From: a bacterium
GTDB lineage: Bacteria; UBA8248
DNA: 64,000 nt
Reading direction: 5' to 3'
Assembly (NCBI GenBank): GCA_965221165.1
Contig: CBDCRP010000003.1
Span: forward strand, 1,760,001 to 1,824,000
The notes beneath the pieces are model-generated. The model was given only the letters and a program-made list of their open reading frames with translations, was not told the origin of the DNA and searched no databases. Positions 38,340 through 46,925 of the stretch are shown here, in pieces. How positions within the stretch are numbered: position 1 is the first letter of the stretch; every line of letters begins with the position of its first letter. The position numbers and the translations under genes were made by a program.

Positions 38340-39299
38340 ATGAAGAAGTTCTGGCTGGTTTTCGCACTCGCCTTCGTCGTTGCGGGGGTGTCGGCTGCAC
38401 CCGCCTCGGCCGCCTATCCGACGAAGCCGGTGGAAATGACCATCACCTTCAAGGCCGGCGGCGCCGCGGATATTTCGGGCCGCACCGTGGCGAAAGCGGC
38501 CGAAAAAGTGTTCGGCCAGCCCATCGTCGCCGTTAACCGACCGGGAGCGGGCGGAACAATCGGCTTCGCCTACGTCAAGACCGCCCCTCCCAGCGGATAC
38601 AAGATCGGCTGGCTTTCCGCTTCTATTCTCACCGGCACGAACATGGGACGCCTGCCCTATGACTACCGCGCCTGGGATTACGTTTCCCGCGTGGTGTTCG
38701 AGGCGACCGCCATCGTCGTGCGGGGCGATTCCCCCTACAAGTCGCTTCCCGAACTCGTGAAGGCGGCCAAATCGAAGACGCTCAAGATCGGAAGCGCGGG
38801 TTCAGGCAGCTTTACGAGGCTCACGGCTTCGGCGTTGGCGAAAAAAGCAGGCTTCAAGTTCCGTCACGTCCCCCTGGGCAAACGCCGCGTGCCCAGCCTC
38901 CTCGGCGGCGAGGTCGATGCGATTTCCGTCCATCCGCCCGAGGTCCTTGCCCTTCACAAGGCGGGCAAAGTCCGCATGCTGGCCGTTTCTTTCCCGAAGC
39001 GCCATCCGGCCTATCCCAAGGTTCCCCTGTTCAGCGAACATGGGTGGGATGTCGGTTTCTATCAGTTCCGGGGTCTGCATGTTCCCAAGGGAACGCCCGC
39101 CGAAGCGGTTCAAAAGATCCACAAGGCCTTCGCGGCGGCTGCGAAGGATCCGAAAGTCCTGGCCACCGCCGAGAAAAGAGGTTTCATGGTCTCCTACATG
39201 GGCCCGGATAAATTCCCGGCCTTCGTGGCCGAGCAAAACGCCTTGATCAAGGATATCGTCGTTTCGTTGGGTCTGGATAAGAAGAAAAAGAAGAAATAA
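38340..39299 (+). CDS. tctC: TctC/Bug substrate-binding protein
   Basis: YPTKPV, AGGAAD, NRPGAGG, PKGTP; AAGGAGGT RBS. Confidence 0.92.
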   Translation: MKKFWLVFALAFVVAGVSAAPASAAYPTKPVEMTITFKAGGAADISGRTVAKAAEKVFGQPIVAVNRPGAGGTIGFAYVKTAPPSGYKIGWLSASILTGTNMGRLPYDYRAWDYVSRVVFEATAIVVRGDSPYKSLPELVKAAKSKTLKIGSAGSGSFTRLTASALAKKAGFKFRHVPLGKRRVPSLLGGEVDAISVHPPEVLALHKAGKVRMLAVSFPKRHPAYPKVPLFSEHGWDVGFYQFRGLHVPKGTPAEAVQKIHKAFAAAAKDPKVLATAEKRGFMVSYMGPDKFPAFVAEQNALIKDIVVSLGLDKKKKKK

Positions 39300-39348
39300 A
39301 CTTCTGAATCCGTGCTGAGGACGAAAAGCCACAAGGGATCGGGTTTTC

Positions 39349-39834
39349 ATGACGGAGGAGAGTAAAAAAATCAGGCTGCGCGTCGGACGCCTCGTCGTTC
39401 CGGGCCTTCTGGTGGTTTTTTGCATTTGGTATGGTTCGATTATTCTGGAGTTGCCCCAGGGGCCAGGGGAAGAAGGTCCCCTGGGGCCTTCTTTTGTCCC
39501 ATGGCTGTGGGTATCGTTCCTTGTCGTTCTGACACTGGTTGATATCGGGACGGATTACCTCGGCGCGCCTCGTGAGCAAGCTCGTGTCGTCATCGAGAGA
39601 AAGAGCATTCTCGACGCCTTGATCCTCTGCCTCTTGCTGGCGGGCTTCGCACTCCTGATGCAGTATGTCGGTTTTTCCGCCTCGGTCGTGGTGTTTCTGG
39701 CCGTCTCCATCTGGTGGAGCGGAATCCGCGCCCTGAAAATCATACTCCCCTACGCCGTCATCTTCGCCCTGGTGGTGAACTACGTCTTTCACCGCGTTCT
39801 CCAGGTGCCCTTGCCCCAGGACTGGCTCTTCTAA
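39349..39834 (+). CDS. tctB: TctB family small membrane protein
   Basis: LGPSFVP, VGF, LQVPLP; operon position. Confidence 0.85.
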   Translation: MTEESKKIRLRVGRLVVPGLLVVFCIWYGSIILELPQGPGEEGPLGPSFVPWLWVSFLVVLTLVDIGTDYLGAPREQARVVIERKSILDALILCLLLAGFALLMQYVGFSASVVVFLAVSIWWSGIRALKIILPYAVIFALVVNYVFHRVLQVPLPQDWLF

Positions 39835-39836
39835 AG

Positions 39837-41327
39837 ATGGATCTCCTGGTGGACGGCCTCGTCCAGGCCCTGGCGTGGAAGCCTTTTTTATTCGCCGTTC
39901 TGGGAAGTTTTTTAGGAATAGTATTCGCGGCCATTCCCGGCCTCACGGTGAGCATGGGCATCATTCTCCTGCTGCCTTTCACCTTTCACATGGCGAGCGT
40001 GACGTCCATGAGCCTTCTGGTGGGCGTTTTCGTCGGCGGGATGACCGGAGGAAGCATCTCGGCCATTCTGCTCAACATTCCCGGCAATCCCGCCGCCATC
40101 GTCACGAGTCTGGACGGACACCCCCTCGCCCGGAAGGGCCGGGCCGGGGTCGCGCTGGGCGTGGCTTTTTTCTCCAGTTTTTTCGGCGGATTGTTCAGCC
40201 TCGTCTGCCTGGTGACCATCGCGCCCCAGTTGGCGGATTTCGCCCTGAACTTCGGCGCGCCGGAACTGGCGTCGCTGGTCTTGCTGGGTCTTTGCCTCAT
40301 CTGTGGATTCGCACAAACCTCGATGAGCAAGGCCCTTATCTCGGGCGTGCTGGGTTTGAGTTTTTCCACCGTCGGCATGGACCCCATCGATTCCATACCG
40401 CGCTTCACGTTTTCCGTCGTACAGATTCAGCAGGGGGTTTCTTTTCTGCCGGTGATGATCGGGCTTTTCGCGGTGCCCGAGATCATCTCAGGCATGCGCG
40501 GCTCCGTCGTCTCTTTACCGGATTTCTCCACGCGCCTGCGCGACTTGCTGCCCTCGCCGGGAATATTCGTGGGTCTCTGGAAGACGCTCGCGCAATCCTC
40601 CCTCATCGGGACCACCATCGGATTGTTGCCGGGTACGGGAAGCGCCGTCGCCGCCGTGCTGAGCTACAACACGGCGCAGCGCCGCTCGCCTGAACCCGAA
40701 TCGTTCGGGGAGGGAAAGCTGGAGGGCGTATCCGCGCCCGAGGCCGCCAACAGCGCCATGACCGGCGGTGCGATGATCCCGATGCTCACGCTGGGAATCC
40801 CCGGTGACCCCGTAACCGCCGTGATGCTCGGCGCGCTCACCATCCAGGGGCTCGCGCCTGGGCCTCTCCTGTTCGAGAGCCACGGCGGTTTCGTGTTTTC
40901 CATATTCGGGTCTTTTTTCATCGCCTTGTTCCTGACCATCATCATCGCGCTGCTGGGCATACGCCTGTTCGTCCAGGTGTTGCGCGTGCCCACGGGGCTG
41001 CTTTTCCCGAGCATCGCGGTGTTCTGCGTCATCGGGGCGTTCGCGCTTCAGAACAGCTTTTTCGACGTATTCCTGATGATTGGTTTTGGGTTGCTCGGCT
41101 TTTTCATGCAGAAGTTCCACTATCCGATAATGCCCTTGCTGCTGGCGATCATCCTGGGCCCCGTGTTTGAGAAAAACGCCAGAATGTCGCTCATCCTCTC
41201 GGACGGCGACCCAGGGATTTTCTTCCGCAAGCCGATAAGCCTGGTGTTTCTTGTCTTGGCTTTGGTCTATCTTATCAGCGTTTTTCTGAAAAGAACTTCT
41301 CTTTTGAAGAAGCAGGGTTCCGCCTGA
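39837..41327 (+). CDS. tctA: TctA family permease
   Basis: ILLNIPGNP, DGHPL, GVSAPEAAN, LGIPGD; start at ATG 39837. Confidence 0.94.
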   Translation: MDLLVDGLVQALAWKPFLFAVLGSFLGIVFAAIPGLTVSMGIILLLPFTFHMASVTSMSLLVGVFVGGMTGGSISAILLNIPGNPAAIVTSLDGHPLARKGRAGVALGVAFFSSFFGGLFSLVCLVTIAPQLADFALNFGAPELASLVLLGLCLICGFAQTSMSKALISGVLGLSFSTVGMDPIDSIPRFTFSVVQIQQGVSFLPVMIGLFAVPEIISGMRGSVVSLPDFSTRLRDLLPSPGIFVGLWKTLAQSSLIGTTIGLLPGTGSAVAAVLSYNTAQRRSPEPESFGEGKLEGVSAPEAANSAMTGGAMIPMLTLGIPGDPVTAVMLGALTIQGLAPGPLLFESHGGFVFSIFGSFFIALFLTIIIALLGIRLFVQVLRVPTGLLFPSIAVFCVIGAFALQNSFFDVFLMIGFGLLGFFMQKFHYPIMPLLLAIILGPVFEKNARMSLILSDGDPGIFFRKPISLVFLVLALVYLISVFLKRTSLLKKQGSA

Positions 41328-41368
41328 TCCGCCATTCCATTTCGCCGTACAGAGGGAGGCGCCGAACC

Positions 41369-42553
41369 ATGAAGCGAAGCACCGAGAGAATACTCACGAC
41401 CCACACGGGGAGCCTGCCGCGTCCCCGGGAGGTAGTGGATTTGTTGCTGGCCCAGGAGGAGGGTGGCGCGGACTCCGCCGCTCTCGATGCCGCCGTGGCG
41501 CGCGCGATAGAAGACGTCGTAGAGAAACAGGCGGCGGCGGGAGTCGACGTCATCAACGACGGCGAGCAGGGCCGGCCCGATTACACCTCCCACGTCAAGC
41601 ACAGACTGACGGGCTACGAGGGGCCGAGTTCGCCTCCGCTCGGCACGGGCGAAGAGGGTTTCCCCGAACTGTCCGAGATACTCTCTCAGTTCGCCTCGCC
41701 CCTTCAGAACCGTCCGGCCTGCTCCGGCCCCGTGGCGTGGAAGGACTGGCCCGCCGCCCAGGTGGACATCGAGCGCGTAAAGAGCGCCCTCGGCCGCGCC
41801 GATACGGAAGAGGCGTTCATGACCTCCCCTTCGCCGGGGCAGATTTCACGCTATTTGAGGAACCTCCACTATCCGAGCGAGGAGGAATACATATTCGCGC
41901 TCGCAGACGTGATGCGCCGAGAATACGAGGCGATTGTGGACGCGGGCCTGCTCTTACAACTCGACTGTCCCGACCTCGCGCTGAGCCGCCACACCGTGTT
42001 TCGGGATTTGAGCCTCGCGGATTTCCGCAAGGAAATCGAGATGCACGTCGAAGCCCTGAACCATTCGGTGCGGAACATCGCGCCCGAGCGCATGCGCATG
42101 CACATCTGCTGGGGCAGCACGCTGGGGCCGCACCATGAGGACGTTCCGCTCAAGGACATCATCGACGTCGTGCTCAAAGGACGCCCCTGCGCCGTCTCGT
42201 TCCCCGGCGCGAACCCCCGCCACGGCCATGAGTGGAAGGTGTGGCGCGAGGTCGATTTGCCCGAGGGCAAGAGCATCATCCCCGGCGTGATCGATTCGAC
42301 GTCCAACTTCGTGGAGCATCCCGAACTGGTGGCGGAGCGCATCGTGAACTACGCCGAGGCGGTGGGCCGCGAAAACGTGATCGCCGGGGTCGATTGCGGT
42401 TTCGGCACCTTTGCAGGCCGCGTCCAGGTGGATCGCCGCATCGTGTGGATGAAGATGGCCGCCCTCGCCGAAGGCGCGGCTCTGGCGTCTGGAACGCTCT
42501 GGCAAGGCGGTTCCTGGAGCCGGCCTCTTATCCCGCCACGGAGAGGCGGATGA
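41369..42553 (+). CDS. Cobalamin-independent methionine synthase II-like protein (catalytic barrel only)
   Basis: TTHTGSLPRP, DGEQ, LQLDCP, HICWG and DCGFG Zn-ligand motifs. Confidence 0.9.
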   Translation: MKRSTERILTTHTGSLPRPREVVDLLLAQEEGGADSAALDAAVARAIEDVVEKQAAAGVDVINDGEQGRPDYTSHVKHRLTGYEGPSSPPLGTGEEGFPELSEILSQFASPLQNRPACSGPVAWKDWPAAQVDIERVKSALGRADTEEAFMTSPSPGQISRYLRNLHYPSEEEYIFALADVMRREYEAIVDAGLLLQLDCPDLALSRHTVFRDLSLADFRKEIEMHVEALNHSVRNIAPERMRMHICWGSTLGPHHEDVPLKDIIDVVLKGRPCAVSFPGANPRHGHEWKVWREVDLPEGKSIIPGVIDSTSNFVEHPELVAERIVNYAEAVGRENVIAGVDCGFGTFAGRVQVDRRIVWMKMAALAEGAALASGTLWQGGSWSRPLIPPRRGG

Positions 42554-43913
42554 GTTTTTCCGCCTTCTCCTCCGCATCCAGAGCGCGGCAGGTTTCGATA
42601 ATTTCCCTGAAGCGCGGCTCCGGTATCGGGAGACCGGGGGCGATGCCCCAGAGGCGGTTCGCGAGTTCATCGAAGCTGAAGATGAACTCCCGCCCGGTGG
42701 CCTGTTTGGTGAAGACCCCCCGCTCTTTCGTGTAGATGCTCACCTTGGGAGCGAAAAGCCCCATCTCGCGTGAGGGAATGATTCTCACGCGCTCCATCAT
42801 ATCGAGCACCTCGGGCGGGTCGTCCTCGCCGGGTGGTTTGTTCAGCAGCGGATAGCCGCGCTTCACGACGCCGAACGCCGCGTAGTAATGCGTGCCGCCC
42901 GGACGCGCCGCGCCGTCCTCGCGCCGGTTCGCGAAGGCGGGGCTCGGGTATTGCGTCTCCAGCCAGTTCACCACCGTTTCCACGCGCTCGACCTCCTCAG
43001 GGCGGATGTCGTTCTCCTCGCAGAGGCTGGCCGTCACGTCGATGTGCGCGAGGTTGTAGCCCGAGGTGGAATAGATGCGGAAAAGCGTTTCGAGGAACAG
43101 CCACTCCTCCCCGAGACCTGCGGTGATTTTACCTAAGCTCGTTCTCGTATCGCCCGTGAAACTGTACGCGAGGCGGCCCTCGTTGTTTCCCGTATAAGCG
43201 TGGTAGAAACCGGCTTCACCCTCGAGCACCGTCTCTCCGCCGACGTGGCCCCGCTCGGCAAGCGCCGCCGCGAGGAGGGCATTGCGCACCGCGCCGCCTT
43301 CTCTGAGCGCCTGTCCACCGCTGCGCGGACCTTCAAGGTTTCCGCTCGCGAGGCTCACGCAAAGCGCGACCGCGCTGTTCATCTGCTCCTCGTTCAAGCG
43401 CATGATTTTCCCCGCGGCGACGGCGGCCCCGAAAATCCCGAAAACGGGATCCGCATGAAAACCGCGCGACATCACCGTGGGGATGAAGTCGGATGCCAGA
43501 CGCTCCATGACCTCATAGCCCGCGGCGACGCCCGTGAGGAAATCTTCGCCTGAGGCGCCCTCCGCTTCCGCAGAGGCCAAGGCGGCAGGAACGATGCCGG
43601 TTCCCGGGTGGGTGAGCATGCGGAACGTGTCCCACTTGCCGCCCGCCAGGGCCATTTCCGAGTTCGCGAACGCGGCGCCCCCTTTCGTCGCCCTGGCCCC
43701 GCTCACCATGATGGTCGCGCCGCCGTGAACGCCCGCTTCCTCCTCGGCGATGAGGGCGACGGCTCTTCGCCCGTCTTCGGTTTGTGAGCCCAAAAGAGCG
43801 GAGCCGATGGCTTGTAAGGTAACGCCCTTGGCGCGGTCGACGACTTCGGGCGGCAGATCCTCGAAGCGAAGCCCCGCCGCCCACCTCGCTAGCCGGCGGC
43901 TTAAGGACGCCAT
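42528..43913 (-). CDS. MmgE/PrpD family protein
   Basis: [25 protein letters not shown] motifs; GGAGG RBS. Confidence 0.88.
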   Translation of the reverse strand: MASLSRRLARWAAGLRFEDLPPEVVDRAKGVTLQAIGSALLGSQTEDGRRAVALIAEEEAGVHGGATIMVSGARATKGGAAFANSEMALAGGKWDTFRMLTHPGTGIVPAALASAEAEGASGEDFLTGVAAGYEVMERLASDFIPTVMSRGFHADPVFGIFGAAVAAGKIMRLNEEQMNSAVALCVSLASGNLEGPRSGGQALREGGAVRNALLAAALAERGHVGGETVLEGEAGFYHAYTGNNEGRLAYSFTGDTRTSLGKITAGLGEEWLFLETLFRIYSTSGYNLAHIDVTASLCEENDIRPEEVERVETVVNWLETQYPSPAFANRREDGAARPGGTHYYAAFGVVKRGYPLLNKPPGEDDPPEVLDMMERVRIIPSREMGLFAPKVSIYTKERGVFTKQATGREFIFSFDELANRLWGIAPGLPIPEPRFREIIETCRALDAEEKAEKLIRLSVAG

Positions 43914-44136
43914 TTTGATGGCCTCCCCGGGGGTGGGGGGTGCGTCTCAGGGCTGGGGGATCGCCTGGTTCGTAGGAGCTTGATGATGCGAGCGATGGTC
44001 ATGAAAAGGCCAATCCTCGAAACATGGGTGAAACAAAACAGAAACGACAATTTAACCGAACTGCAAGATTCCCGTAAAGAAACCCCTCTATATTCCTATC
44101 CTGTCAACGGAGATTTTCAGTGTTCATTTTGTTTTC

Positions 44137-44262
44137 TGGCCGCACGTGGTGGTAGAAACCGCGCTGGCGCTTTCACTGAAAGACGCGCACTCCTGGGGGC
44201 CGGGGCACGAAATCCGCGCCATGACGCACCAAAGGCTTCACACGCGCTTGTTCGTTTCTTGA
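44137..44262 (+). pseudogene. ureF: C-terminal remnant of urease accessory protein UreF
   Basis: Reads [41 protein letters not shown], matching the conserved UreF terminal RLFxS motif; in-frame stop upstream at 44053-44055; directly before ureG. Left boundary approximate. Confidence 0.75.
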
Positions 44263-44273
44263 TGATGAGGACG

Positions 44274-44890
44274 ATGATGGATAAGGCGCCCGTAAAGATA
44301 GGCGTAGGCGGGCCGGTCGGCTCCGGGAAAACCGCCCTGGTGGACAGGCTCTGCAAGAGGATGCGCGATAAATACGCCATCGCCGTGGTGACGAACGACA
44401 TCTACACGAAAGAGGACGCGGAGTTCCTCACCAGAAGCGGCGCGCTCTCGCCGGAAAGAATATCGGGCGTGGAGACGGGCGGGTGTCCGCATACGGCGAT
44501 TCGTGAGGACATATCCCTGAACCGCGAGGCATGGAGGTCCTCGCCCGCGATTTCCATCCCCTGGACATCATTTTCGTGGAAAGCGGGGGCGACAACTTGG
44601 CCGCCACCTTCAGCCCCGAACTGGTGGATGCGTCTATCTACGTCATCGACGTGTCGGCGGGGGATAAGATTCCCCGGAAGGGCGGCCCCGGCATCACGCG
44701 CTCCGAACTTTTGCTGATCAACAAAATCGACCTGGCTCCCCTCGTGGGCGCGAATCTCGAAGTCATGGACCGAGACGCGAGGAAGATGCGCGGCGAGCGC
44801 CCGTATTTGTTCACCAACCTTAAGGCCGAACAGGGCCTGGATGAGGTGATCAACTGGATCGAACGCGAACTCCTCTTCGTGGAGGCCTGA
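44274..44890 (+). pseudogene. ureG: Urease accessory GTPase UreG, frameshifted (1-nt deletion near 44530)
   Basis: [29 protein letters not shown] in one frame; [22 protein letters not shown] in another; junction AAC CGC GAG GC ATG GAG lacks one base. Confidence 0.85.
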
Positions 44891-45747
44891 TGCTCCTCGC
44901 GAGCGCCGACGCGCCATCCCGCGTAGGCCGCCACGGCGTCGCCCTCGCGCGCTTTGCCCGTGCGGGGAGCCGGACGTATCTTGCGGATTCATTCTTCCGG
45001 GTGCCCTTACAGTTGATCCGCCCCCTCTATCCAGAAGGGGAGCAACCCGCCCACATGACGCTCATAAACCCCACGGGCGGGCACGTGGGAGGCGACGTGC
45101 TCGAACTCGAAATCGCGCTCGATGAGGGCGCGCGCGTTTTGTGGACGACGCAGGGGGCCACCAAGGTCTACAAGAGCCTCGGCGAGCCTGTAGTATCGAC
45201 GACCAAAATCGAGATGGGCGGTGAGAGCGGTCTCGAACTCTTGCCCGACCCGGTCATCCCTTTCAAAGATTCCATCTACGCGCAGGAGACGAAAATCTCA
45301 ATGGCCGAGGGCGCGAAACTTCTCTACGGGGAATCGCTCTATCACGGCCGGGTCGCCTCGGGCGAGCATTTCGATTATTCATCCTTGAAATTAAAGCTGC
45401 ATATCGACTACGGAGGCGTTCCCCTTTTGCGTGACGTGATGGAAGTGAACCCCAAGGAATCGGACCCCGAGCGACTCGGCCTGTTCGAGCCTTATCCCTA
45501 CCTGGGTTCTTTTTACGTCGCGGGCGGCGCGGATGCGGAACTGAATCTCATCGCAGAGCAAGTCGATTCCCTGCTGACGCGGGGAGTGGGGTTGGCGGGC
45601 GGTTGCAGCCTGCTGGCCGGCCCCGGTGCGCTGGTCCGCTGGCTGGCGGAATCACCCGAAGTTTTAAGAAAAACGCATTTCGAAATCTGGAAGGTCGCGA
45701 GAAAAGCGCTTTTCGGGCAGGAAGCGACACCGCTCAGGAAGTTTTAA
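44890..45747 (+). CDS. ureD: Urease accessory protein UreD/UreH
   Basis: NPTGGHVGGD, TTQGATKVYKS, LPDPVIPF, GRVASGEHF, C-terminal LRKF; start overlaps the ureG stop. Confidence 0.92.
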   Translation: MLLASADAPSRVGRHGVALARFARAGSRTYLADSFFRVPLQLIRPLYPEGEQPAHMTLINPTGGHVGGDVLELEIALDEGARVLWTTQGATKVYKSLGEPVVSTTKIEMGGESGLELLPDPVIPFKDSIYAQETKISMAEGAKLLYGESLYHGRVASGEHFDYSSLKLKLHIDYGGVPLLRDVMEVNPKESDPERLGLFEPYPYLGSFYVAGGADAELNLIAEQVDSLLTRGVGLAGGCSLLAGPGALVRWLAESPEVLRKTHFEIWKVARKALFGQEATPLRKF

Positions 45748-45830
45748 GAAAAGCGTGGATATGGGGTCCCTCATTTTCGTGAGAGCTGCTCCCTCTTGAG
45801 GGTTTGTGATTCTGAGTGCTTTGTTTTTCC

Positions 45831-46090
45831 GTAGGGGCGGACCTGCGTGTCCGCCCTTTTTTATGATGTATTGCGTTGTTCATATAGATAGGGTTCGTGA
45901 TCTTTCTGTTTGTTGCGGGTGGACACGCAGGTCCGCTCCTACGAAGCCTCGTCATTCCCCACAGGGGCAACCCATACTCGGGGCTGCCCCACCATTGGCG
46001 AACCGCCCCTACAAAAAGGGCGGGTCGCATATATGCGACCCCTACAAAAGCGTTCCACCGCTGGGACAGGCACTGGGGGCCTGTCCCTAC
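45831..46090. repeat. Cluster of GTAG-type REP palindromes, including one inverted doublet
   Basis: GTAGGGGCGGACCTGCGTGTCCGCCC (45831-45856) and an inverted 24/26 copy (45917-45942); further ...CCCTAC-ending palindromes at 45961-46012, 46022-46045 and 46063-46090. Confidence 0.8.
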
Positions 46091-46113
46091 GCATACGGCG
46101 ATAGCGTTTTCGC

Positions 46114-46165
46114 TCGTCATTCCGGCGCATGCCGGTGGCAACCGGGAGGTTGACCAGAGCCGATG
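46114..46165 (+). repeat. 52-bp direct repeat, copy 1 (CGTC-type REP head)
   Basis: TCGTCATTCCGGCGCATGCCGGTGGCAACCGGGAGGTTGACCAGAGCCGATG, identical to 46657-46708. Confidence 0.92.
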
Positions 46166-46305
46166 GGGGTGGATACATTCCGGTATTTCGTTCCGTCTTT
46201 GATCGGGCGGGGCGCTACGCCGTTCGCCTGAGCGCCAATATGCGCGTCACATTCGGATGGGACGACGACGGCGCAGTGGACGTGGACATAGAGGACTATC
46301 ACTGA
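46166..46305 (+). pseudogene. higB: 5'-truncated HigB (RelE/ParE superfamily) toxin
   Basis: DRAGRYAVRLSANMRVTFGWDDDGAVDVDIEDYH* is the characteristic HigB C-terminus; its TGA overlaps the higA ATG (TGATG); N-terminal half absent. Confidence 0.8.
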
Positions 46306-46610
46306 TGATCGAGAGACACCCTTCCATCGACCCGGCGCATCCGGGGGAAATCCTGCGCGAGGACGTCCTGCCCGCCCTCGGGGTGAGCAAGACGGCGGTG
46401 GCCGCGGCCCTCGGCATTTCCCGGCAGACGCTCTACGACATCCTGAACGAGAAGCAGCCGGTTACCGACGAGATGGCGGTTCGCTTCGGCAAGCTCTTCG
46501 GCAACGGCCCGGGTTTTTGGGTCAACCTCCAGCGCAACTACGATCTGGCGCGCGCGGAACGTTCGGTGGATGTCAGCGGAATACCGACGCTCGAAGCGAG
46601 GGGCACCTAG
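46305..46610 (+). CDS. higA: HigA family antitoxin (XRE HTH)
   Basis: HPGEILRED, LGISRQTLYDIL, MAVRFGKLFG..FWVNLQRNYDL. Confidence 0.93.
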   Translation: MIERHPSIDPAHPGEILREDVLPALGVSKTAVAAALGISRQTLYDILNEKQPVTDEMAVRFGKLFGNGPGFWVNLQRNYDLARAERSVDVSGIPTLEARGT

Positions 46611-46656
46611 CAGGGACAGGTCGCGACATGTCCCTAAAACCCTGAACCGAAGATGT

Positions 46657-46805
46657 TCGTCATTCCGGCGCATGCCGGTGGCAACCGGGAGGTTGACCAG
46701 AGCCGATGCGGTTACCAACATAGTAGGACGACCAGTGAAAACGATAGGCCAAAGAGTCAAAAACAAGAACAAAGTCGCTGGATTCCGGCATACGCCGGAA
46801 TGACG
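46657..46805. repeat. 52-bp direct repeat, copy 2, forming a CGTC-type REP doublet
   Basis: Copy 2 at 46657-46708; its head CGTCATTCCGGCGCATGCCGG pairs 20/21 with CCGGCATACGCCGGAATGACG (46785-46805). Confidence 0.85.
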
Positions 46806-46838
46806 GTGGCCTATCTCGGTCGATGAGATAGAGAGTCT

Positions 46839-46890
46839 GTAGGGGCAACCCTCCTCTGGGTTACCCCACAATTCACGAACCGCCACTACA
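46839..46890. repeat. GTAG-type REP composite, degenerate direct copy of 45961-46013
   Basis: GTAGGGGCAACCC...CCCCACAATTCACGAACCGCCACTACA aligns with ACAGGGGCAACCC...CCCCACCATTGGCGAACCGCCCCTACA. Confidence 0.65.
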
Positions 46891-46925
46891 GACGCGTCGT
46901 TCAAACTCTTTGTCTGCGCCTGCTC

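Noticed and set aside
42528-42553. 26-bp 3' overlap between the MetE-like and PrpD-like genes
   Set aside because: Short convergent overlaps are common; no further signal.
44100-44262. Riboswitch or leader RNA upstream of ureG
   Set aside because: Better explained as the ureF 3' coding remnant.
44515-44540. Programmed frameshift in ureG
   Set aside because: No slippery heptamer or homopolymer at the junction; the adjacent ureF truncation favours decay or a sequencing error.
46114-46708. Two-repeat mini-CRISPR or prophage att sites
   Set aside because: The intervening 491 bp is far too long for a spacer, the repeat has a REP head, and no integrase or tRNA is nearby.
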